From the NCBI GenBank assembly GCA_041596515.1, contig JBFHIJ010000007.1, positions 17,626 through 81,625 on the forward strand: DNA of 64,000 nt, in the 5' to 3' direction. Numbering within the stretch: the stretch's first letter is position 1; each line of letters begins with the position of its first letter. The notes under the pieces were generated by a model. The model worked only from the letters and a program-made list of their open reading frames with translations, was not told the origin of the DNA and ran no database searches. The position numbers were made by a program, and so were the translations under genes. This stretch comes from Chlorobiota bacterium (GTDB taxonomy: Bacteria; Bacteroidota; Ignavibacteria; Kapaibacteriales; UBA2268). This document shows positions 55,726 to 64,000 of this stretch, one piece after another.

Positions 55726-57201
55726 TTAATAGCCACTGTTCCCGGTAACAATAACACTAATTGTACGCATAAATATATAAAAATCAAGGAACATTGACCA
55801 ATTACGAATATAATAAACATCCGTAAGATTTCGTTCCTCAAATGAGCTTGCATTTCGGTCTGTTACCTGCCATAATCCACTTATGCCAGGTTTAACTTTA
55901 AGTATCATTTCATCATGACCGTTCATCTTTTCTTTTTCCCATGGCATATATGCACGTGGCCCTATTAAGCTCATTTCGCCTTTTATTACGTTAATAAACT
56001 GAGGAAGTTCGTCTAAGCTAAATTTACGTAGGATTTTGCCTACTCTGGTAAGTCTAGGGTCATCCTTCAGTTTATGATATATATCATATTCACGCTTCAT
56101 AGCTGGGTTTTTATCAAGCAAATCGCTTAGTCTTTGCTCTGCATCTATGTGCATAGTTCTAAATTTAACAATTTTGAATCGTGTATCGTCTTTGCCCATT
56201 CTTTCCTGCTTAAAGAAAATACTTCCTTTTGAATCCAACCAAATCAAGACAGAAATAAATAAAACCAAAGGCAAAACAGTAATACCTAATATACTGGAAA
56301 TAAAAATATCAAAGAGTCTTTTAGCCATTAGTGCAGATTTTCTAAGTAACTTTTGCTGGACTTCTAAGCCTAAAATACCACCCAAATCTCTGGTAGAAAC
56401 CCAAAGAGAAGACAAACCAAAAAGATTCGGAATTACAGTAACACGCGTAAAATAATTGGAATATTTTCTTATTATCTGCTCCTGTTTTTTACTATCGACT
56501 TTAGGCATCGCAATTATTGCATGATCTACTCTAAGTTTAGAAGATATTTCAGGAATAACATCTAAGCCCCCTATCACTGGAATTGAATCAATATAGCCCC
56601 ATCGATCTATATCGTCATCCACAGCAACTACAGGTCGAAGACCGATATAGCTATGTTTTTTAAGAGAAGTGATTATAGTTTCTCCAGTTTTGCCGGCTCC
56701 AATAATAATTACGGGTATGCCCCACCAACTTTTACAAGCTAAAAACTTTCTTATTATTGAACGTCCGAATGGGAGTATAAAAAGAGAAGCACCCCATGAC
56801 ATGATAAACATAAATCTGGAGAACTCACCATCTTTTACTAAAAAGGTTAGGCCTGCTAACAAAGCATAGACTACCGAAATACTATATGTTATAGAACGAA
56901 GTTCATCTATTACATCTATTCCAAAGCCAGGATATAAGCCTTTAAGATAAAACGATATCGTAAACAGTGGAAGCACTAAAGAAATGACTGACGAGTAAAA
57001 TCCCCAATCTGCTGATGCTGGCATCATTAAATCCCTTAGATATAAAGACGAAAACATTGCTAAGGCGATGCAAAGCAAGTCTACACTAATTAGAGTAGCA
57101 GATGCTGCCAATTTCCTCAAGAAAATACTTTTTCTCGGGATGCCTTTTACATCTTTAGATCTGAGTAGATCTGTTAATTGTTTGAGTGATAAAGTTTCCA
57201 T
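55726..57201 (-). CDS. polyprenyl-phosphate glycosylphosphotransferase (WbaP/bacterial sugar transferase family)
   Basis: 491 aa with N-terminal TM helices and a central Rossmann-like segment (VIIIGAGKTG). The C-terminal catalytic domain is KRLFDIFISS...FFKQERMGKDDTRFKIVKFRTM...DELPQFINVIKGEMSLIGPRA. Confidence 0.88.
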   Translation of the reverse strand: METLSLKQLTDLLRSKDVKGIPRKSIFLRKLAASATLISVDLLCIALAMFSSLYLRDLMMPASADWGFYSSVISLVLPLFTISFYLKGLYPGFGIDVIDELRSITYSISVVYALLAGLTFLVKDGEFSRFMFIMSWGASLFILPFGRSIIRKFLACKSWWGIPVIIIGAGKTGETIITSLKKHSYIGLRPVVAVDDDIDRWGYIDSIPVIGGLDVIPEISSKLRVDHAIIAMPKVDSKKQEQIIRKYSNYFTRVTVIPNLFGLSSLWVSTRDLGGILGLEVQQKLLRKSALMAKRLFDIFISSILGITVLPLVLFISVLIWLDSKGSIFFKQERMGKDDTRFKIVKFRTMHIDAEQRLSDLLDKNPAMKREYDIYHKLKDDPRLTRVGKILRKFSLDELPQFINVIKGEMSLIGPRAYMPWEKEKMNGHDEMILKVKPGISGLWQVTDRNASSFEERNLTDVYYIRNWSMFLDFYIFMRTISVIVTGNSGY

Positions 57202-57357
57202 TACATCATGTTAGGTAGTATAAAAAAATCTATAAGGACTCCACTATCGCTTTTATTAATAACAAGTTTATGCATTCAAGTCACAAGCTTATAATGCTAA
57301 TACACCCCTTTAAGCAAAAAGTTTACCAAAAGGGGCATAAACCAATTTTTTCTGATT

Positions 57358-58137
57358 TTAACGATAAATTCCACGAGTTGATTTTTCAATAAAAGAGATA
57401 CAATTAGCGACCTCCGGAATCAACTCTGGATTGTTGCTTTTATAGTTGGCTATGCCGTCTCTATTATTGAAACCTGAAAACAATAAAGTATCAAAGAAAG
57501 ATTGTATTTTAACGATAGTATCATTTTCAAAGCCACGTCTACGCAATCCAACTTTATTAATACCTTCAACTTGAGGTGGTTTTCTACCTATTAGAGTGTA
57601 TGGAGCAACGTCTTTTACCAATAATACATCTGCACCAATCATTGAGTGTGCACCTACTGTACAGAATTGATGAACTTTAGCAACACCACCTAATACTACC
57701 CAATCCTGAATCGTAACATGCCCGGCAAGTTGAACTAAGTTAGACATAATCACATGATCACCGACTACACAGTCATGCGCCACATGGCTATATGTCATCA
57801 CTAAGCAGTCTGAGCCTACTTTAGTTATACCAGTGCTATCAGTGCCACGATTAATTGTAGCAAACTCTCTTACTACAGTTCTGTCACCTACATAAGCATA
57901 AGTAGATTCACCTTTGAACTTCAAATCCTGCGGTTCGGTAGCAATCACTGCTCCATTACAAATAACGCAATCTTTACCTATTCTGGAACCATTTGCCAGA
58001 ACAACATTTGAACGTATTTCGGTATTATCACCTATGACCACATCATCGTTTATAATTGAAAAAGGGCCTATCGTGACATTGTCGCCAATAGTAGCTTTTC
58101 CGGAAACTATTGCAGTCGAATGAATTAATTCTCTCAT
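57358..58137 (-). CDS. lpxA: acyl-ACP--UDP-N-acetylglucosamine O-acyltransferase
   Basis: 259 aa with left-handed beta-helix hexapeptide repeats (IHSTAIVSGKATIGDNVTIGPFSII...). The C-terminal helical domain has GLRRRGF. It overlaps lpxC/fabZ by 4 nt. Confidence 0.92.
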   Translation of the reverse strand: MRELIHSTAIVSGKATIGDNVTIGPFSIINDDVVIGDNTEIRSNVVLANGSRIGKDCVICNGAVIATEPQDLKFKGESTYAYVGDRTVVREFATINRGTDSTGITKVGSDCLVMTYSHVAHDCVVGDHVIMSNLVQLAGHVTIQDWVVLGGVAKVHQFCTVGAHSMIGADVLLVKDVAPYTLIGRKPPQVEGINKVGLRRRGFENDTIVKIQSFFDTLLFSGFNNRDGIANYKSNNPELIPEVANCISFIEKSTRGIYR

Positions 58138-59534
58138 AAATCACCATCAACTAATGCTACCTGAAACTCTGATTCGGCTGCTACATTGCCATCAACCATG
58201 GCAACACCTTGCATCCAATATGTATTAAATCTTTTATTTACCATTTTAACTTCCATAACTAATTGATCTCCCGGCAGTACAGGCTTTCTAAATTTAGCAC
58301 TTTTTATTCCCATGAACAATGCTAATCTGCCGTTTAATTCTCCTACTTCCTGAAGTAAAAGCATACCTCCGACCTGTGCCATAGCTTCGCATATTAAAAC
58401 ACCGGGCATTACAGGTTTTTGTGGAAAGTGTCCGGGGAAGAATGGTTCATTTACACTTACATTCTTATAACCAATTATGGATTTTTCTGTCAAGTCTAAA
58501 TGCGTTATCCTGTCTACTAATAGGAAAGGATACCTATGAGGTAAGAATTTTTTGATTTCATTAATGTCCATTACCACTTGTTTATTCTTTGTAGGCAAAT
58601 ATTTTTCTTTTTGCTTTTTATCTAAATATTTTTGTCTTATCAACTTTGAAAACTCATAATTGCTTGCATGACCTGGTCTAGCAGCAAGTATCTGTCCTTT
58701 TATTGGCACTCCTATAAGTGTCATATCTCCAATCATATCCAAAAGTTTATGCCTTGCAGGTTCGTTTTTGTATCTCAAAGGAGTATCATTTAATATGCCA
58801 CTATCCCCTATTTTTGGAGCATCTTGAAGTTTAAAGATAGATTTAATATTATCCAACTCTGTCTCGTTCATTTCCTTATCGACGATAACAATCGCGCTAT
58901 CTAAGCTTCCGCCTTTGATAAGGTCATTTTCCCTAAGCATCTCTACTTCTGTAAGGAAACAAAAAGTCCGAGCAGGAGCAAACTCTTTTACGAACTCTTT
59001 TTCTAAATCAAAAAGACCTGTATGCTGACTACCTAATGCAGGATTAAAATAATCTACCATAACTGTAACTCTATAGTTTTCATTAGGTAGAGCCACTATC
59101 TCAATGTGCTTTTCTTCGTTAGAAAACGAAATAGTCTCATCTATTTCAAAATATTCTCTCTCAGCATCAAGCTGCTTGATGCCTGCTTGAAGTAACGCCT
59201 CTACGTATGGCATAGAACTACCGTCCACTACAGGTGGCTCATTAGCAGAAAGCTCTATTAGACAATTATCTATTTTTAGACCTGCTAAAGCAGCTAAAAC
59301 GTGCTCTACAGTATGCACTTTAACATCATCTATACCTAAAGTTGTACCTCTGGAAAGATCGACTACATAGTCAACCAATGCAGGGATTTCAACTTTTTCA
59401 TCTAAATCTGTTCTTACGAATTTGTATCCATGATTTGCCGAAGCAGGATGGAAAGTAATTTTTGAAGTATTTCCGGTATGTAACCCAATTCCTTCGAATG
59501 ACACTGACTGTGCGATAGTTGTTTGCTTTTCCAT
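58134..59534 (-). CDS. lpxC/fabZ: bifunctional UDP-3-O-acyl-GlcNAc deacetylase / 3-hydroxyacyl-ACP dehydratase
   Basis: 466 aa. The LpxC N-terminal part has [16 protein letters not shown] and HVLAALAG. The FabZ hot-dog C-terminal part has [13 protein letters not shown] and FFPGHFP..PVMPGVL. Confidence 0.95.
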   Translation of the reverse strand: MEKQTTIAQSVSFEGIGLHTGNTSKITFHPASANHGYKFVRTDLDEKVEIPALVDYVVDLSRGTTLGIDDVKVHTVEHVLAALAGLKIDNCLIELSANEPPVVDGSSMPYVEALLQAGIKQLDAEREYFEIDETISFSNEEKHIEIVALPNENYRVTVMVDYFNPALGSQHTGLFDLEKEFVKEFAPARTFCFLTEVEMLRENDLIKGGSLDSAIVIVDKEMNETELDNIKSIFKLQDAPKIGDSGILNDTPLRYKNEPARHKLLDMIGDMTLIGVPIKGQILAARPGHASNYEFSKLIRQKYLDKKQKEKYLPTKNKQVVMDINEIKKFLPHRYPFLLVDRITHLDLTEKSIIGYKNVSVNEPFFPGHFPQKPVMPGVLICEAMAQVGGMLLLQEVGELNGRLALFMGIKSAKFRKPVLPGDQLVMEVKMVNKRFNTYWMQGVAMVDGNVAAESEFQVALVDGDL

Positions 59535-59594
59535 TAACTTACAGTGTTGTTTATAAAAAACCTAATTAATCTGCTTGTAGATTAATACGACCAA

Positions 59595-59602
59595 CAAAAA
59601 TA
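59595..59602 (-). promoter_or_regulatory. candidate -7 box (minus strand TATTTTTG) upstream of lpxC/fabZ
   Basis: The plus strand reads caaaaata, about 60 nt upstream of the ATG at 59534. Confidence 0.3.
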
Positions 59603-59696
59603 AGAATTATGTTCAACAATTCTAAATTTTTCTATCAACATAGCTTAAAAGTGCTGATTTTTGTTGAACTAAATCTTAAAACAGATTTCACAGTAT

Positions 59697-59730
59697 ATAA
59701 AAAGGCCGTTTGAACTAATCAAACAGCCTT
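59697..59730 (-). terminator. intrinsic terminator after iorB
   Basis: The minus strand reads aaggctgtttga-ttagt-tcaaacggcctt (one mismatch) followed by ttttt. Confidence 0.6.
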
Positions 59731-59752
59731 AAACTAAATAGTATCTCAATGC

Positions 59753-60331
59753 TTAGTTTTTGTCAGCAAACTCTCTACCTGCTCTCAAGGCTGCAATATT
59801 AGCATTTACCACTTTTTCGCCTTTTTTGCCAAACAGTGTACCTAAAGATGCCTCTAAGGATTTCATGTCCATTCCCAATACTTTTGAAGCAGCCCCAAGT
59901 GTAACTATGTTAGCAGCTTTTGGCGTTCCCAAGTCTTTGGCAATTCTATCAGCATCCAAAGCAATTTTGTTAGGTTGACTATCTATAGATGATAATACAT
60001 CTTCAATATTGGGATAGTTTGGTATATTTACAAAAGGAGTAGTATTTGTAATTACCCAGCCATCAGGTGCCAAATATGGTAAATATCTCAGAGCTTCCAT
60101 TGGCTCTACAGCAATAATCAAATCTGCACGTCCCTCAGGAATCAAGTCAGAATTAATTGGTTTGTCTGATAAACGAAAATGAGACTGCACGTCTCCGCCT
60201 CTTTGGCTCATACCATGCACTTCTGCTTGTTTCAAGTATAAATTACTTTCTACAGCAGCATAACCAATAGTAGCAGCAATTGTTAAGATACCCTGACCAC
60301 CAACACCGGCTAAAATTATATCTTTTTTCAT
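59753..60331 (-). CDS. iorB: indolepyruvate:ferredoxin oxidoreductase beta subunit
   Basis: 192 aa. DIILAGVGGQGILTIA...AEVHGMSQRGG is the gamma-type domain of 2-oxoacid:ferredoxin oxidoreductases. It lies directly downstream of iorA. Confidence 0.85.
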   Translation of the reverse strand: MKKDIILAGVGGQGILTIAATIGYAAVESNLYLKQAEVHGMSQRGGDVQSHFRLSDKPINSDLIPEGRADLIIAVEPMEALRYLPYLAPDGWVITNTTPFVNIPNYPNIEDVLSSIDSQPNKIALDADRIAKDLGTPKAANIVTLGAASKVLGMDMKSLEASLGTLFGKKGEKVVNANIAALRAGREFADKN

Positions 60332-60359
60332 ATCTATATCAAAATATTAGTTACTAAAA

Positions 60360-61964
60360 TTATTTAGATTTTTTTGCAGCACGTTTAGATTTAGTAAGAG
60401 TTACCAAACATTCGCGACGCGGAATAATCACAGAAACACCTTTGTATGCCAATTCATTTTTGATAATAGTAACGTTGGCATCATGTTCCTTTTTAACAGG
60501 ATTAATCACATGCAAGTGTTCCTTTTCAACCCCCAGACCAAGACATATTTGTTCCAATCTTCCTAAGGCAGAAGATTTTTGACCACCTGTCATGCCGGTA
60601 GTTTCATTGTCTAAAATCATAATAGTAACAGGAGTTTTGTCATTGATACAATCAAGCAAACCAGTCATACCGGAATGCGTAAAAGTAGAGTCTCCTATGA
60701 CACCAACTACAGGATGCATACCTGCATCTGAAGCTCCTTTTGCCATAGTAACAGAAGCACCCATGTCTACGCAAGAGTTTATTGCATTAAATGGTTCTAA
60801 GGCTCCAAGTGTATAACAACCGATATCAGACATTACTCTACCTGTGCCATGCTCTTCTAATGCTTCATTAAGTGCATTGTAAGAGAAGATATGAGGACAA
60901 CCGTCACATAATTTTGGCGGACGAGGCATTACTATATCAGGAATTGGATTCCCTTTAGTTATTTCTTTACCTACTGCTTTAGCTACAAGGTTCGGATTTA
61001 ATTCGCCATCTCTTGGCACTAAACCATCTAAACGACCTCTTACTTTGATACCTTTATTCAAGAAACCTCTTATCATTTCTTCAACGATTGGAGCACCTTC
61101 CTCAAATATATACATTTCGTCAACTTCTGCTGCCATTTTTTCGATCATAGCTTTTGGCAGTGGGTATTGAGTAATTTTTAGTACAGGATGAGGAACTTTG
61201 CCATCTTCAAAGTTTTCCATCAAATAATTATATGCAATACCAGTAGTTATAATACCAATTTTTTTATCATCAGCATCTATATATTTATTAAATCCACTGT
61301 TATCACTAGCTTCTTCAAAATAATTCTGGTTATCTAAGAGCAATTTATATCTTTTGCGAGCAATAGCCGGCAAAAGTACAAATTGTTTCAAATCATCAGG
61401 TAGTTTACATTCATTTTGTGTTACTTTGTCTCTAAGAGTTACATCTGCTCTAGAGTGAGCTAACCTTGTGGTTATTCTCATAAGTACAGGAGTTTCAAAT
61501 TTTTCACTCAATTCGAAGCCATAGTGAGCCATGTCATAAGCTTCTTGCTGATTAGAAGGTTCTAAAACCGGCATCATAGCAAATTTCCCAAAAAATCGAG
61601 AGTCTTGCTCATTTTGCGAAGAGTGCATTGAAGGATCATCAGCAGATACAAAAACCAATCCACCGTTAGCACCTGTAACAGCTGAATTCATAAATGCATC
61701 AGCAGCAACGTTTAGACCTACGTGTTTCATACATACCATAGCTCTTTTGCCTGCATAAGACATGCCTATTGCAGCTTCCATTGCTGTTTTTTCATTTGAA
61801 GACCAAGCAGAACGAACACTGGTTTCGCGAGCTTGTTTAGATCTTTGCACATATTCTGTGATTTCAGTAGACGGAGTACCAGGGTAAGCATAAATACCGG
61901 AAATACCGGCATCTAACGCGCCTTGAGCAATCGCCTCATCACCTAATAACAATAACTTTTCCAT
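60360..61964 (-). CDS. iorA: indolepyruvate:ferredoxin oxidoreductase alpha subunit (TPP-binding)
   Basis: 534 aa with N-terminal LLLGDEAIAQGALDAGISGIYAYPGTPSTEI and the TPP motif GDSTFTHSG...LDN.TTGMTGGQ. Confidence 0.85.
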   Translation of the reverse strand: MEKLLLLGDEAIAQGALDAGISGIYAYPGTPSTEITEYVQRSKQARETSVRSAWSSNEKTAMEAAIGMSYAGKRAMVCMKHVGLNVAADAFMNSAVTGANGGLVFVSADDPSMHSSQNEQDSRFFGKFAMMPVLEPSNQQEAYDMAHYGFELSEKFETPVLMRITTRLAHSRADVTLRDKVTQNECKLPDDLKQFVLLPAIARKRYKLLLDNQNYFEEASDNSGFNKYIDADDKKIGIITTGIAYNYLMENFEDGKVPHPVLKITQYPLPKAMIEKMAAEVDEMYIFEEGAPIVEEMIRGFLNKGIKVRGRLDGLVPRDGELNPNLVAKAVGKEITKGNPIPDIVMPRPPKLCDGCPHIFSYNALNEALEEHGTGRVMSDIGCYTLGALEPFNAINSCVDMGASVTMAKGASDAGMHPVVGVIGDSTFTHSGMTGLLDCINDKTPVTIMILDNETTGMTGGQKSSALGRLEQICLGLGVEKEHLHVINPVKKEHDANVTIIKNELAYKGVSVIIPRRECLVTLTKSKRAAKKSK

Positions 61965-62056
61965 TAATAGACCAATTTATCGTAGATAAAACAATTTATA
62001 AGTTCAACAAAATAAGAAAATTCGTTAAAGAATTGAATTTAAAGAAATTAATAGAT

Positions 62057-62094
62057 AAAAAAAGTCACCCTTGTATAACAGAGGGTGACCTTTT
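62057..62094 (-). terminator. intrinsic terminator after the EF-G paralog
   Basis: 8-bp stem gtcaccct / agggtgac with a 10-nt loop, flanked by A7 and T4. On the minus strand the T-run follows the hairpin. Confidence 0.75.
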
Positions 62095-62125
62095 AATATC
62101 AAGGTTGGTATTTGATATTTTACAA

Positions 62126-64000
62126 TTAATCTTCTTCTTCTTGATCTTTTTTATATTTATCAATTAATGCAGATTGAACATCGCCGGGTACAGGTTGGTA
62201 TTCATCATATTGGGCTACGAATGTACCTTTTGCCTGAGTCATAGAGCGAATAGCTGTAGCATATTTATCTAACTCTGCCTGTGGCATTTTAGCATTTACT
62301 ACCTGGAATCTACCTTCAGTATCGATACCTAAAATCATACCACGACGAGAAGGTAAATCACTCATGATGTCACCTACATAATCTTCCGGAACTTTAATAG
62401 CTACATCATAAACAGGTTCTAATATTTTTGGATTAGCTTTCACAAAACCGGATTTAAATGCTTGAGCGCCTGCCATCTTAAATGCAGCTTCGTTAGAATC
62501 TACCGGGTGCATTTTACCATCATAAACATAAACTCTGATGTCTCTTACATAAGACCCTGTAAGTGGACCAATCTCCATTTTGTCCATTACACCTTTCATG
62601 ATAGCAGGCAAGAAGCGTTGGTCAATTACACCACCAACGATACAGTTTACAAATTCTAACTTACCACCCCATTTAAGGTCATGTAAATCTTTGCCTCGTA
62701 CAGTCAAATCACTTGCATATGGTGCATCTTCTGACCATGGTTCTATTCTCAAGTGCACTTCTGCAAACTGACCTGCACCACCAGATTGTTTTTTATGGCG
62801 GTAGTCAGAATTAATAGATTTTTGGATAGTTTCACGGTAAGGTACGCGAGGCTCTCCAAAAACAGATTCAACTTTATAACGTTTCTCAAGTCTATATTTT
62901 GCTTTTTGTAAATGCAATTCACCTTGGGCATGAAGGATAGTCTGACGCAACTCTTGAGAGTGCTCTACAGTAAACGAAGGGTCTTCTTTCATCAAAGAAT
63001 GCAAACCTACACCCACTTTTTCTTCTTCACCTTTAACTTTAGGATAAACAGCAGTACGAATTTTTGGATTAGGGTATACGATAGGTGGATATTGAATATC
63101 TAACCCTTTTTCCGCAAATGTATCATTAACGTGTGCAGTTTTCAATTTTACTGTAGCAGCTAAATCACCTGCTTGTACTTCAGCAACATCTTTTCTATCT
63201 TTACCTTGAACAATAAATAACTGACCAAATCTTTCAGATTGATTTCGAGTATTATTATACATATCCATTGAAGATTTCAAAGTACCAGTCATAACTTTAA
63301 AGTAAGTCATATCACCTAATCTAGGATCTGCATATAATTTATACATGAAGATAGATGTTTTTGATTTTGGATCGTAAACTATCTCATCACCTTCTTTAGG
63401 CTGCACAGGTGGCATATCTAAAGGAGAAGGGAAGCTATTTACCATAAAGTTTAACATTGCTACCATGCCAATGTTATTTTTACTTGAAACGGCAAATATT
63501 GGCATTATTAAGCGATTTGTAATAGCTTTTCTAAGACCCATTTTGAATTCTTCATTGCTGAGTTCGCCAGTGTCGAGATATTTATTCATTAATTCTTCGT
63601 CTGTTTCAGCTACCGATTCCAATAACTCATTAAACAAATCATCAGCCTTATCTTTAAATTCATCAGGAATTTCAGATTCAGTCATATTGCCATCTTTAAA
63701 AGATATCATTTTCTTTTCAAATACATCAATAACCGAATTAAAATCAGGCCCTGTAGTTACAGGAAATTGTGTTGGTTTTATACTTTTACTGTATCTTGCT
63801 TGCAATTCAGAAACAATCGTATCAAAATCTATATTTTCAGCATCCAATTTATTAATAACAAAAGCAGTTGGTTTTTCTAATTTGTTCGCATACTGCCAAG
63901 CAAAGTCAGAGCCGACTTCAGCACCATGAGAACCATTGATAGTAATTAAAGCTACATCTGCAGCGTAAATTGATGAGTTCACTTCGCCGACATAATCGTC
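62126..64000 (-). CDS. elongation factor G paralog (5' end beyond window edge)
   Basis: The reading frame stays open to the window edge (DDYVGEVNSSIYAADVAL...). It has the G-domain NKxD motif (INKLD), then EF-G domains II-V (e.g. GELHLQ..KYRLEKRYKVE, YRETI, HKKQSGGAGQFA, PVLLEP-like ILEPVY). The N-terminal P-loop lies outside the window. Confidence 0.88.
   Translation of the reverse strand, partial: DDYVGEVNSSIYAADVALITINGSHGAEVGSDFAWQYANKLEKPTAFVINKLDAENIDFDTIVSELQARYSKSIKPTQFPVTTGPDFNSVIDVFEKKMISFKDGNMTESEIPDEFKDKADDLFNELLESVAETDEELMNKYLDTGELSNEEFKMGLRKAITNRLIMPIFAVSSKNNIGMVAMLNFMVNSFPSPLDMPPVQPKEGDEIVYDPKSKTSIFMYKLYADPRLGDMTYFKVMTGTLKSSMDMYNNTRNQSERFGQLFIVQGKDRKDVAEVQAGDLAATVKLKTAHVNDTFAEKGLDIQYPPIVYPNPKIRTAVYPKVKGEEEKVGVGLHSLMKEDPSFTVEHSQELRQTILHAQGELHLQKAKYRLEKRYKVESVFGEPRVPYRETIQKSINSDYRHKKQSGGAGQFAEVHLRIEPWSEDAPYASDLTVRGKDLHDLKWGGKLEFVNCIVGGVIDQRFLPAIMKGVMDKMEIGPLTGSYVRDIRVYVYDGKMHPVDSNEAAFKMAGAQAFKSGFVKANPKILEPVYDVAIKVPEDYVGDIMSDLPSRRGMILGIDTEGRFQVVNAKMPQAELDKYATAIRSMTQAKGTFVAQYDEYQPVPGDVQSALIDKYKKDQEEED

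Noticed and set aside
59592-59669. Inverted repeats caacaaaaat (59592..59601) and gttcaacaa (59611..59619), both able to pair with atttttgttgaac (59657..59669). A 34-aa plus-strand ORF lies in the same gap.
   Set aside because: The repeats are AT-rich and short. They lie upstream of the candidate lpxC/fabZ promoter rather than in its leader. The small ORF is on the opposite strand from both neighbours and has no RBS. Chance is a likely explanation.
1-64000. I searched by eye for mobile elements, integrases, CRISPR repeats, toxin-antitoxin pairs, restriction-modification and other defence genes.
   Set aside because: No ORF shows transposase or integrase motifs. I saw no regularly spaced direct repeats and no defence-type domain combinations. 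The window looks like core chromosome, so I do not claim a novel defence or mobile system.

Overview
This is a low-GC, densely coding bacterial chromosomal window with about 52 protein genes and 1 tRNA. I saw no transposase, integrase, CRISPR array or recognisable defence gene, so it reads as core genome rather than an island. Three markers point to an FCB-group organism (Bacteroidota/Ignavibacteriota-like), though this is inference only: a fused lpxC-fabZ gene, a protein with a T9SS-type C-terminal sorting domain, and recurrent TAnnTTTG boxes upstream of genes. Confident housekeeping calls are recG, uvrA, etfBA, gpmI, glf, ispH, cmk, ssb, lpxA, lpxC/fabZ, iorAB, a truncated EF-G paralog, M3 and M16 peptidases, sugE, and a WbaP-like priming transferase. 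The most interesting locus is 158..7462, a System I cytochrome c maturation cluster (ccmC, an untracked ccmD-like ORF, ccmE, ccmF, a TlpA/CcmG-like thioredoxin). Its CcmE carries CPSKY instead of the heme-binding HxxxY. No ccmH/ccmI is visible. The cluster is split by a divergent operon encoding a periplasmic TPR protein and a thioredoxin-fold lipoprotein with an unusual CVWC site. Second-tier items are a cytoplasmic PAS hybrid kinase overlapping a REC-first histidine kinase (with a paralog elsewhere), dispersed partner-switching parts (REC-PP2C and an orphan RsbW-like kinase), an OlsF-like two-domain aminolipid acyltransferase, a PAS kinase followed by a GAF/pseudo-kinase-like protein, and a structured leader with a 9-codon uORF ahead of an rlpA-like gene. 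I found no clearly novel multi-gene system. All functional calls rest on motifs read by eye and need homology searches to confirm.
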